A stretch of 64,000 bases of DNA, taken from the NCBI GenBank assembly GCA_012295275.1, contig CM022679.1, positions 18,972,001-19,036,000 on the forward strand, in the 5' to 3' direction. Made by a program: the position numbers and the translations under genes. Source of the stretch: Chrysomallon squamiferum (taxonomy: Eukaryota; Animalia; Mollusca). The notes beneath the pieces are model-generated. The model made no database searches and was not told where the DNA came from. It was given only the letters and a program-made list of their open reading frames with translations. Positions 1 through 12,328 of this stretch are shown in pieces (the first letter of the stretch is position 1; each line of letters begins with the position of its first letter).

Positions 1-209
1 AAAAAACCCACGAAACTAAATCAATAAATATTTCATTGCTATTCGTGGTCTAGTTTGGTCTGAATATATGTGAACGGATCCCGTGAGAACATATAACATG
101 AGGCGATTTCAGTTTCAATATTTCTTGTCCTCTACGAATAAATTCTAATTGAACTATCAAATTACAAATATTCTACCTAAGTAAGGAAAAGTGAAGACGC
201 TGCTAAGTA

Positions 210-212
<3 letters not shown>

Positions 213-265
<53 letters not shown>
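213..265. repeat. (AAT)n microsatellite
   Basis: Direct reading. Confidence 0.95.
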
Positions 266-266
<1 letters not shown>

Positions 267-1146
267 CGGATATCTTTAAGCAAGAAAATGATATCAAAAT
301 AAAGGGAGAAACAAATTTAATTAAAAATGATTAAATAAAAATAAATGAAAAAGGTCGACCTGGTCTGTTTGATACAATCGCGTGATATCACCGTATGTTT
401 CCATTGTTAACTGAAAGACAACTGGGAAAACGAAAACGAAATAGGATTATAAATATATTTCACGACTGTCTGATTAACGTGATCTTATATAACATGAATC
501 GGAAACCAATGTGTCTTCTGCAAACAGGTCTCCACAGTGATAAATAATTTTCTTTGGTGCCTGAGATTAATATAGAATTCAAATTCAAATCCGTTAATAT
601 CGAGAGGTTTTCAACGTTATTTCTACTTTGTCTCCATGGTTACATATATCATGTCTCTTTGGTGATGTCTATTCTTTGATTACATTACGAAATTTATACG
701 ATTTAGCTCATGAACAGTTCACATGCTATTCATGATATGATTCATACACAGTTCAACAAATACTCGCTTGTTTGTTATGTCAGGTTTTATTAAGTCAACA
801 ACTACGATGACGATAATATTAGCTGCAGCAATAGCTAAAACAACGATAACGATTATGATGACAATAATATTTAACATTTTTGTTTATATAAACTGATAAA
901 TGAAAACTATATTATTATTATTATTTTAAATAGCCAAATCAAGAAAAAATGTGGAGAGAATCAATAACAGCAACAAAAAAGGAAATATACAAGATATCCC
1001 TGAAAAACAGAACCTTCTAGGAAAACCAACAATAAAAATAATTTATAACTAAATTCGCGCAAAACATTAATAAACCACATTCCAAAATAATAACAGCAAT
1101 AAAAAAGACAGACACAAAATAAATAAACAGTGCAGCCTAAAAATTA

Positions 1147-1184
<38 letters not shown>

Positions 1185-3097
1185 AATTGAAAACATAACC
1201 TTTCACCAATTTTTTTTTTAAATGCGCTTTTTCTTTTTTCTATTCTATTGTCATCGTCATTTTGAAAAAAAAAAATAGCATAATTATATTGTCGTCTAGG
1301 TTTTATTTTAACAATAATAATTGCCATACTTTCAAGACTTTGCTAAGGCAACTTATACAAGACGTTCTTGATCGACCTCTGTCTGCCTCTTCACTGTGTA
1401 AAACAGATTGAGGTTTGCATTAACAGTAATTACAGTTACGTGTGCGTCGTCTTGGAAAATAACTTCTCAGTACCTGGCTCAGTTGAAACCCAAATCCTTC
1501 ATTAGTCTTGCAGAACCCGGTATAACAAGAATCTCAGTCCTATATTATACTCAGAGAGATCATTTCTTTAAAACAAAAAGAAAAAAAAAAGAAAAAAAGG
1601 AACTATCGTTAATTTAGACATTTTTGTTTATGCTATTTCAAAAAATTATTCACTCCTTACTGAGATAGATAAACCAAATTAATCTGTGTTTATTGCCAGC
1701 ACTGTAGTCTTCGCTGTTTGGACCAGATGCTGCCATCCATTAGAGACAATGTTAGGCGATGTTATCTCCACATACATTAAACGTTTCACGCATTAAATGA
1801 AGTTTCATCTCCTGTCTTACTGTACTTTAACAACATATCTTAATTTCTGAGTCGCCGATTGCTCTGCTGAAACTCATATGATCAAATAGTCTGAATTGGA
1901 GTTTATATTTATATCTTGTTGCAAAGATTTGATATTTTGTTATTTTATTCAGAAGGTTTGTGAAATTTTAAGCTGGTACATTTTATACATAATCATAAAT
2001 AAAACTATACTTATGGTTGTTGCTTTGACATTTGCTGTTTATTTGAATAAAGTTAAAATAAATAAATAATGTTCTGCCATGACAATGTTAATTATTTTCT
2101 ATGTTAAACAGATTTATTAGTTACTGACGTTAGACAACCCCACACACACACACAAACATATAAAACATAATCGTTTAAAATAACGAAACGAATTTATGAA
2201 AACTCTGACATGCATAAAACTGAATTTGCTTTTGAATGTGATCTTTTCCAAACTGCAATAGCTGTGTTAAGGGCTAATCAAGCGAATGTCGCAAGCGAAC
2301 AGCCACAGAGAGCCGAGGCTTTTCAAATCCAGATAAAAATCTTTGACTCTCTTAATTTAAGGCAATCGATCACCAGCATTTATTTTAGTGCAAATTACAA
2401 TTTTCGGAAACACCTCAGGTTTCCTGCTACAAATCAGAAAATAAAGGTTATGGGGATATTTTCACATATATAAACTTTAATATTTAATGGACCACGTAAG
2501 AAATTTAGCATATTCTCGTTTGTAGATTTAGAAATCAGAACATTAATTATTTTATTCCAACTTTTTATTTTTTATTCTTTTTATTTTTTTATTTTACAGT
2601 TCGACTTTGATGTTTAATCAACTGCGTCAAATATTAACTAACTTTTTGGCTGTGATCAATACCGTTGACTCTTTAGACTAAAGAATTTGCCAAAAGTACG
2701 GTTAAGCATGAAATTTCCTTGACACGCAGGAAACAACAGGTAGGATGCATGCTGCTTATCGCATCAGATTACTGGAAAAAACTGACGAAGGTTTAGGGAT
2801 GTTTTAGAAATGATAGCAAGGCATAAAGCTAATTATACTTTGGTAAAATAATAGAATTGTTGAACCCATCAATAAAGTGTGTCCATAAAAACAATTTAAA
2901 AAGTCTTGACTGGCAAATAATTTTATAAGGCTCTGTATTAATATATATATCTTAAAAATAAATCCATTTCATTCAGTTCTTAACAGTGACACAAGAAGTA
3001 AACAATGTGTTCCATCTGAGAGGATTTGTTCACTTACCTTTGGTTATATTATAGAATATTTACACGATAAATTGTTTAATTTCTTTGTGATTTATGG

Positions 3098-3154
3098 GTG
3101 TGTGTATGTGTAAATATATATGTATGTATGTATATATATATGTATGTATGTATG

Positions 3155-3188
<34 letters not shown>

Positions 3189-3273
3189 TGTATGTATGTA
3201 TGTATGTATGTATGTATGTATGTATGTATGTATGTATGTATGTATGTATGCATGTATATGAATATATGTATGT
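3098..3273. repeat. (TATG)n microsatellite
   Basis: Direct reading. Confidence 0.95.
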
Positions 3274-3605
3274 AAATAATTATTACGGCAGAAAATTAGT
3301 CATTACTTTGCTTAAATTATATAATTATATGCACCTGCACATAGGAACACTGTTATTTTCTGGTAAAACATATATGATGTGTTTACTCTTATAGGGTCTA
3401 TTTATTTTAATTTGTTTTAAGTATCACTTACCTTTTTCTTTTTGATGTAAGTCTCTCATACTTTTATATGATGATGTTCACGAAATAATAAGATGGCACT
3501 TTTTAGAAGAGTGGAGACAGCCAAATCGTTACATTATTTTTACGAATCGTTTTTGCATTTAAGCAATTATTACAAACACTTTGAAGTAATCTTACCATGA
3601 CTTAC

Positions 3606-3767
3606 CACGTTGATGACTGATATTGTATTCCACGAACTCTGACATGAAACCGAAAGCACACGTGTAAGTAATCATTCCGTTGTTAACTCTAAGGTATGAA
3701 ATACATAAACGAAAGTGTTCTGAAGATGCCATTGTTGTAAGTGAGACAGCCTATTGCTGCGTGCTAT
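3606..3767 (-). other. Candidate exon with a 42-codon open frame
   Basis: Acceptor catttccag| at 3768, Kozak-like acaATGG at 3732, frame MASSEHFRLCISYLRVNNGMITYTCAFGFMSEFVEYNISHQR, donor G|GTAAGT at 3606/3605. No recognisable homology. Confidence 0.2.
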
Positions 3768-6351
3768 CTGGAAATGTTTCAGAAAACCAAGTACTTTCCA
3801 GTAAATATTTGTTTTCTCGTGTATTACCAGAGATGATTATAGATTTGAGAAAACAGATGAGGCGAAATAAAAAGAAACAAAACAACAACAACAAAATAAA
3901 CACCAAAAACAAAAAACAAACAAAATAAAAATAAGAAAGAAATAAGCCTTGGTGGGGAGCTAATGACGCAAAGCATCCAAAATTGAAACATCAAGTCGCG
4001 CACTGGGACTTCGGACATATTTCTTTTCAGAATAAAAGTTCTTCAGTCATGCTGCATGTACTGCATGAATTAATGATACTATTCACCATTATGATTTCAA
4101 AAGCTAACAAAGCCGGTGCCTTACATTTCGTTATATAACCATTCGGAGTATAAAAACTATTTCGTACGATATTAAATGCTTTCTTCTTTTTTTTCTTCAT
4201 TTTTTTTTTCTCGTTAGAAGATGACATTCAGTGTCTTCCATTATTACTTTAATGTAACAAAGTCATAATTAAATAATATGCACCAAATGTGGTATGTGAT
4301 CCATTTTGTAAGATAATAATACAGTAACATTTCAGAAGAAATGGAAATAAATTTGAAAGAGTAGAGAAAAAGAAAATACAGAAGATTGGCCTATACATTT
4401 TCTAAGAGGAAAAAATTGCTGAAAAAAAATATTTCTACTTTCCTATGGTGTTCAGTAATTTCCATCAACGTTGATAAAGCAATTTGACCTACTTATGTGA
4501 AACCACCAAAAAGTTCAGTAATTTCAAAGAAGAGTGCCATCTAGCTATCCATACTGAAAGTTGATGTCAGAAGTAATTTGTCCACAATACCGTTCAAAAT
4601 CTACCGTACAGTTTTGTGATATGGGTTAACGGATTGTCTTGCGATCTCGAAAACAAAACAAAGAGCTTCAATCACACGTTTTTGCTTTCGGGATCCGCAT
4701 CGTTTATCAACGCTGATGGGGAAGTTAGTAGTAGAATAATTGGCCGCTCAGCGATATGTCACAGGGTCGATCCTAAGTTGAGGTCTACTTTATAAAATGT
4801 AAAGCAATTTGCTAATGAGCAGTCCTCTCTAAACTGCAATCAATAAAGAGATATACAGGACTGGCTCAGATGTTAATGAAGGGTGATCTATTAATAATAC
4901 AAATGTTAAGTTATTTCATGAATATTCAGAATCTTACTTCACCGTTTCAGAAAGAAACGACATTCTGCTAATGAAAAAATCTGTTATAACTGTTGTTTTA
5001 ATGCATTTCAGTTGTGTTTTAGGTATTTAAAATAAAAGGATTCAGGTATTTATTTCAGAATATTTATTATATAATAATAGTAATATAATAAAAAGGTTTC
5101 AATTCAGTACATTCAAAACTGAATGTATGAAGGTAAACTGAAACTTTCCTACGTGCACACGAGTGGACGTAATACAATATTACTTAACATTTTTAAATCG
5201 TTGTGAATAAAAATAACCTAATCCTAAACACCAAAAATGACAGATTTAAAAAATATATATATTTTTTAGGGACTGATAAATAGTTGATGAAGTAGCAGCT
5301 CGGTATTTAGAAAATATAAGATAACGTTGGGCTGAAATGCTTATACAAGCACCTTCATCTCTCTATATTGTATGAATAAATACACAAACAAACAAAACAA
5401 ACAAACAAACAAACAAACAATGATGGAATTATACCAAAAAAAAAAGAACTAACTAAAAAAAAATAAAACATTAGTACTCGTTACTTATAGCATAAGATTT
5501 TAATTATCAAAGGATTTTTGTTCTTACAGAACAAGCGAACCTTAACGATGCAACATGGGCGAATATTTACATCATATAGGTAGAAAAATGTGCATTTTGA
5601 TGTAACAGATAATTGCAAAACAAGAAAAACAAAAGACAAACACTTTATTACAGCAGTCGGAGAGAACATTAGTGAAAAAAGAAACATTTGAGAATAAATC
5701 AATGTAGCAGATAAAAAAATGACAATGTTTTCCAGTACAAATGTATAAACAAAACTAGGGATAAGTTTTGCCACAGAAACAAAACTTTGACAACACAAAT
5801 AATACATAAGTGTCAAAAATGAAAGTGAAAAAAAAAAAGATTTTCACGGTTTTCTCTTTACCGCTTTTTGAATTTACCCAGCTTGTTTTTGTCTCACATG
5901 CATGTGACTATAATCGTATTAAATACATAAAATGCTTAATTAAAACATGTCATCTGTCTAACACATTCATCATTTCCATATTTCTAGAGGTGGTTCAGTT
6001 TCTGTAGCTTTATTTATTACTTACTGGATATCAACGTCTTAGTAACGAAATATTCACCTAAGAATAAATTTAAAAATATTAGACAGGGCTTAGAAAGACC
6101 TACTCCTGTAGAATTCAAATACAAAATAAAATAAAAGATAGAAATTGTCATTAGCAAATTGCAATTAGCATATAGCAAAATAGATTAAAAAAAAAAATCG
6201 TTAAAAAAAAATTACAAATCTAAAAAATATCAGAATTAGCCGAATGTTACAATCGGTTAATTACAAATTTCATCACACAAACGAACAATAAAATAGAAAA
6301 TACTTTAAACACAAACCCTAAAGAAAAGAAAGAAAAGAAAAGAAACGCATG

Positions 6352-6352
6352 A

Positions 6353-6410
<58 letters not shown>

Positions 6411-6431
6411 TAAATAAATAAATAAATAAAT
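6352..6431. repeat. (AAT)n/(AAAT)n microsatellite
   Basis: Direct reading. Confidence 0.95.
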
Positions 6432-9400
6432 AGAAAGTAATAATTAAAAATGTGTTTTCAAGCATAAAACCAAACTAAATTCGTTAAGTATTAACATAAG
6501 GTTAACTTCAAAAACACTTAACAAACAATGTGTAGCTGGAAAAGCCATTGAGATAATAAATCATTAAAGTATCAGAGGTTATCTGCATGAAGTTGTCTGT
6601 AAACAAACTGTAAATGTTGTGCACATTCCAAATTGGTAAACATCAGAGAAATGTTATAAACATAATACATTGCTATTTTTTTTCGAACAACTGCAAGCCA
6701 AGACAGATATTAAAATGAACTAATGAAATATTTTCATGGAAAACTAAAATTTATAACATTAACATGCAGCTAATCTCACTGATTGCTGAACAGCACATCA
6801 ACAGTACAGCATATTAACTGTAATTTTAAAAAAACAACAACAACAAAAACAAAAATATATATATTTTTAAATAAAATAAATAATACTGTCTAAGATTAAT
6901 TTCCATTAACTATTAAGTGAGCGCTGTTATTATAATATTATTAGTAGTAGTGCATTAATGCCAAAACCGAATCAAGATTATCGAATATTCACTGCCACTG
7001 GCTAATGAAATATTGCATTGACGCTAATGCACATCACTTGAACTTAACGGAATACCAAAAGCCGAGACAAAAGATTTATTCCAAATGGTTACTTATATTA
7101 ACAGTAACGAAATACGTATGCAATGATCATGTCATTGAGGATATCAAACATGTACTCATCAGAACAAGTGAGAATCACAAGTCCATTTACCTTCACCGAA
7201 GTACATAATCAGCTCTGAATTACACAAAGACACGCTTAATCTCGCCTCTTTTCTCATATTACGCAATGGGAGAACTTTTCTCTCTTTAATATTGTTCTCA
7301 ATTGATCTTCTTTAACGTTCCATCATAGCACGTGATAAAATTCTGCTTTTTTTTTTTTTCTCCATGGATCCGTGAAGAACATTGCTAAGACTTTAAAATG
7401 CTTGACGACAAAAAAAACCTCTGCTGATTTTCTTCGTCTATTTTTACAAAATCAAAACGACTGTTATGGCAGATAAAAAATACATTTATGCATAGAACAA
7501 ATTCCATGAGATTTTGTCTTAAAAAACGAGATCCTTTTCGACTTGCAATGTGTTGTGGAACGTAGAGAGTTTATTGAAGATTTTCGATTTTGTTATTTTA
7601 TGTGGAGTTTAGCTATTTATGTACATGTTTATATAAGAACGTTCAAAAGCACATACTTTCATTCACACACACAAGTACAAGCACACACACATACACACAT
7701 ACATGCATACAGACAGAGATACATACAGACATACAGCCATGCCTACGTGCATATATAATTCTCAAAATGCTCATAAACACCCATGCTGCATGTACAAGCA
7801 TACACCTACTCATATATATAATTTTGCAAACAGTTTAAGTTAAACTATGCGTTTGGAATATTTATCTCTAACCAACAAGATTCATTTCTGTATATTTATG
7901 TAGATCTTCTCGGGAGACTGTGTTTTGTACAAGGATACGAATTCTACATTAATAGGTTTACAGCTCAGAGTCATGATATACCGCTTTATTACATGCAGCA
8001 GAAGCAGGTCGCATACTTCATACTGGAGCAAGAATAACTGTTTATTTCAAAAATACTGCCTGCTTGTTACAACTTAAAAGCACTGGCGCCTGAAGATACA
8101 AAAATTCTGCACACAAGACAAAATTAAAGACAACATAACAGATTTAGGAACTGCAAAAAGAAAAAAGTTTATCTTTTGACAAAGTAATGTTTAAAGAGCG
8201 TTATTTTTTATAAAGTAAACCACTTAGTTCAACATTCACACAGTACACTAACCTATTTAATTTCCTATAGAATGATATTAATATAACCATATCTCAACAT
8301 ATTTTAATAAGTAAGGTTATTAGGTTTCAAAAATAATGATAAGAATCCACGGCCGCAGTTCCATGGGTTAGTCTAAAGGTTTGCAGCAGGGTATTTTACA
8401 TAGATAAACACACGTCAGTCTTCAACACTGGTTGTAACAGTAACAGAAAAATATCATAAATTTGTTCATATAAAAACATTTCATAGAAAAATTAAAATGA
8501 AAAGAATGTTTTAAATTTTTTAAATAAAAATTATATTAGTGTGGCTACTTCCGTCGGAAACCTTATATTCGATTACTGCACGTTTTTACTGCTTGCTTTT
8601 TTTTGGGGGGTGGGGGGACTATATTATTACTGGGAAAATAATTATCTGTAGCTGATCCATAATTTCAGAAATAAGGGGACACTACAATTATTTTTAATTG
8701 AAGCGAGTTTCATTAGAAACAACATAGAGAACGCTTTCAAAATAAAGGGGGTGGGGAAGCCAAATACACCCATCTGATCCCATGTTAGTTTGTACTGACT
8801 ACGACAAGAAGGGGAATTAAGGAATCCATGATAATATCTTACTGCGCACTGCTACGTAATAATCATTTTAACACGGAACACAAGCTGTTTTTTATTCATT
8901 ACCGTCAATTATAAAAATATTAAACTGACTCTGCTTTAAAAAAATAAAACAAAATAAAAACAAAAATAAAAATAGTATTATACACTATGGAGCAGATTAT
9001 ATGGGACATTTGGGATGTTTGGTTGAAGACTAATGGCTTCCAGGATGGATCCTTTTCAATACATTTATTTGGCTACTTCTGTTAACAGTTAATTTTGATC
9101 GTGGGTTTTAACACGATCAAATGGTATTTATAACCGAAGGTATAGCATTACGACATACATATGTATGCACATACAACGGACTAACAAGAAGAAATGCTGC
9201 AGAAGCTAGCTGATAAACATGCAAAAAAGAATTGATGATGAAAAGAAGAAAGACAAAGGTGATAATGAACGTTGCATATCACCATTTAGACAGCAAAAAC
9301 TGATCTAGAGGAAGAATAGCAAGAAAATGGAGGGATGAACAAGATAAATACTGGAGAAAAGTCTAGCAAACAGTAGCGCAAGACAAGAAGATGTGGAAAC

Positions 9401-9994
9401 AAAATACTGAGATTTTCTATCAGGAACAGAGATGATGATGATGATTACAACCACGAGTACCCATCTACTTTCCTCTATACTGGCTGGTGCAACTAAGATA
9501 CTTAAAATACCCATGGAATTGTGATAGTAACTTTCCCTTCTTTTGTTATTATTATCCATGAACATTAATAATAATTAAATCCATTAAATTGTTAAACGTA
9601 TGTCTGTTCATTATTTTTAACTTAATTATAAATCAGGTACAGATAGGCAGATTCAGATTTATGAGAATAAACAACAGCACAAGTATGTAGATAAATAGAT
9701 AAATAAATAAATAAATAACTTAGTCATAATAACTGAAAATAAATCTCTTCGTTATGCTAAAGATCTTAATCGGAAATTAAAATCCTGAGATATTAAAACT
9801 AATTGATTATCAACGAGTCAGGTATTTAGCCAATCAAACAGCTGCTATGAACTACACTAATGCCATCATTTCAATTTATTTTCTCGTTAATTAAAAGCCC
9901 AAAAGACTGACTTTCCTTACACAGCACATTGCTATATTTGTTATATAGTTCACTAGTAATATCAAGCTAGTAGAGTCGTTTGATCTAAGTTCTG

Positions 9995-10125
9995 TAAGAA
10001 ACGATACAACTACCTAATGGACCTTTCATGTTAACTGTTACGGTCGGATTACAAAATATGTGAATGGCATTGAATTTCGACCGGTCAGGCTTCACAGATC
10101 TGCTCTGACCACTACGTTTCGCCCC
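9995..10125 (-). mobile_element. Decayed tRNA-derived SINE head
   Basis: Minus strand reads GGGGCGAAACGTAGTGGTCAGAGC...CGGTCGAAATTCAATGCC...GGTCCATTAGGTAGTTGTATCGTTTC, a tRNA-like 5' end with A- and B-box remnants. Confidence 0.4.
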
Positions 10126-10954
10126 ACTGGCTCAGGACAAAACTGTTATATCAGGCATAATTAATACTAACGACACATCAGACAAAACAAATACATCATA
10201 TATTAATCAGTGCAAGTAGATAATATACATTTAAATGTTTATGTAATAACTATTAAGAAAAGCACTAGGAAATTCAGTGTAAAAGATATATTTTAACTGA
10301 CAAACAAATATTACTTGAACATCTGTTACAGCGTTGTAAGGCAGCTGCTTAAAAATATCTGTGAAACGATTAACACATTAAATGTGTATGTGTATGTGTG
10401 TGTGTGTGTGTGTGTGTTGACGTTGTTTTCTTTATTTTTTATTTTTTGTTGTTTAGTTTTTTACAGTGAAAAGGAAAGGCAAAAACGAGAAAATAAGAAC
10501 AAAACACCTAGACAAACATGATGTCGGTATGCTAGTTAGCAGAAAAGAAATATTTATTTGCATCTTCTCATATACTGAAAAGACAAACTGCTGCTTTAAT
10601 AAATCCGTTTTGGGAAATTATCATCCACATTTTTTTCAGTGGGAATGTGCAAATAACTGTTTTTTTGCCGCTAATCGACAATATTCAGGATAGCGGATAT
10701 CTGTATCATATTACAATTACACACATATATACTGTAAAAATATAAGTCACATCCAACATTACTGGAAATATTCATTCCATATACCTATGGATCTGATTAT
10801 AGTGTATTTGGAACGAATTTTTGGAAAACACTAATAACAGCAATATTAAAGGAAGGAATATCATCAGAAAAGTTGTCGTAACACACTTCTTATTATTTAC
10901 TGTGCTACTTTAATTAGATTAAAAAGAAAGAGGGAAGTACTTAGAAATATGAGT

Positions 10955-10956
<2 letters not shown>

Positions 10957-11019
<63 letters not shown>

Positions 11020-11034
11020 CTCTCTCTCTCTCTC
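10957..11034. repeat. (CT)n microsatellite followed by a CA-rich tract
   Basis: Direct reading. Confidence 0.95.
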
Positions 11035-11499
11035 ACACACATACGCACACACACACACTCACATACACCTACTGACAAATATACAAATACACAAACACGC
11101 ACACACGTATACGAATACCCTCTAATTTCTTATCTATTTGGTTAGATATATATATATGTATATATATAAATATACATATATATGCATAACACTCATAAGA
11201 CTCACAACGCTCATACATTCATTTTAACAACATCGAGTATAATTAAATATTTTAGGATAGTCGGTAGTATAATTATACAAACACTTTCGGCTAGAACCAA
11301 TTCTAAACTTCGCAAACTTTTTCTACAGGTTTGTATTTTTCTTTCAGTTCATAACAATGTAGATCAGTTATATATTTAAAAATAATCACGGAAAGGCGCA
11401 TAAGAAATATAATTACCAGACAAAAACCTGTGTCAGTACGAAACTGATATAGATGACAAGTATTAAATACGAAGAACAGATGGTAAAACAAACACTTAC

Positions 11500-11631
11500 C
11501 CCATCAAACAACGGCAGTAATCACACGATAAAATCCCAAACACACAGAACGGTAATGCGCTTCTAAGACACAAAAGCTCTCAAGCTGATGTGAAACTCTC
11601 GATCGAACTCAGTCAGTCTACTGTGTTTATA
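11500..11631 (-). promoter_or_regulatory. Candidate TATA-box promoter and short first exon of an unidentified minus-strand gene extending left
   Basis: TATAAA at 11631-11626 (minus) within a GC/CpG-richer island (11500-11840). A ~100-nt exon has its only ATG at the very end and a consensus donor ATGGG|GTAAGT at 11500/11499. Confidence 0.45.
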
Positions 11632-11904
11632 GTCAACAGCGGCCTTCGTTTGTGAGTCGCTAGCCACAGTTTGCAAATAACAGTTCTACAATCGTCGATG
11701 GTGGCTGGCTACCAGGAAGAACTGCTAACAAGAAACAAGACTGGCTGGTAGTGCGAATAACAAGATGTCATAGATTAGCGCCTGCAACTGTCGCAGTACT
11801 CAATCTTTGCATGCAATACACTGGCCAGTCGTAATAGTGAAAACAAAATATATAAGTCAAAATATTCTTTTAAGTATTTGAATTCCCTTTTCTTGAGGTA
11901 GGGC

Positions 11905-11907
<3 letters not shown>

Positions 11908-11977
<70 letters not shown>

Positions 11978-11994
11978 GTGATGATGATGATGAT
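11908..11994. repeat. (AAT)n-(GAT)n compound microsatellite
   Basis: Direct reading. Confidence 0.95.
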
Positions 11995-12292
11995 ATACCG
12001 TATTATATACCTGAGTTTGACTGAAACATGAAGGATCAAATAAACGCCTCTCCAAAACTCTAGTCGTTAATTTAACAGAGCCTGTCAATAGGAAATAGTT
12101 CCATGACTTTATTGAAAACAGGAACAAATTCTGTCATTAAGATAAAAACTGTTGGATAAATAAACGATTAAAAAGACTTTTGATGATTGTCATTATAGAG
12201 TGTTTGATTAATGCAGTAGCTTGGAAAGATGCAAAGTTGTTTTTCAATTAGTTTGGAATTTTACAAACAGAAGCAACAAAAACTTTATTCAT

Positions 12293-12328
<36 letters not shown>

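Noticed and set aside
4730-4870. B-box-like GGGTCGATCC and faint V-SINE-like tail; faint MITE-like ends at ~8645-8790
   Set aside because: Similarity is too weak to support without a profile search.
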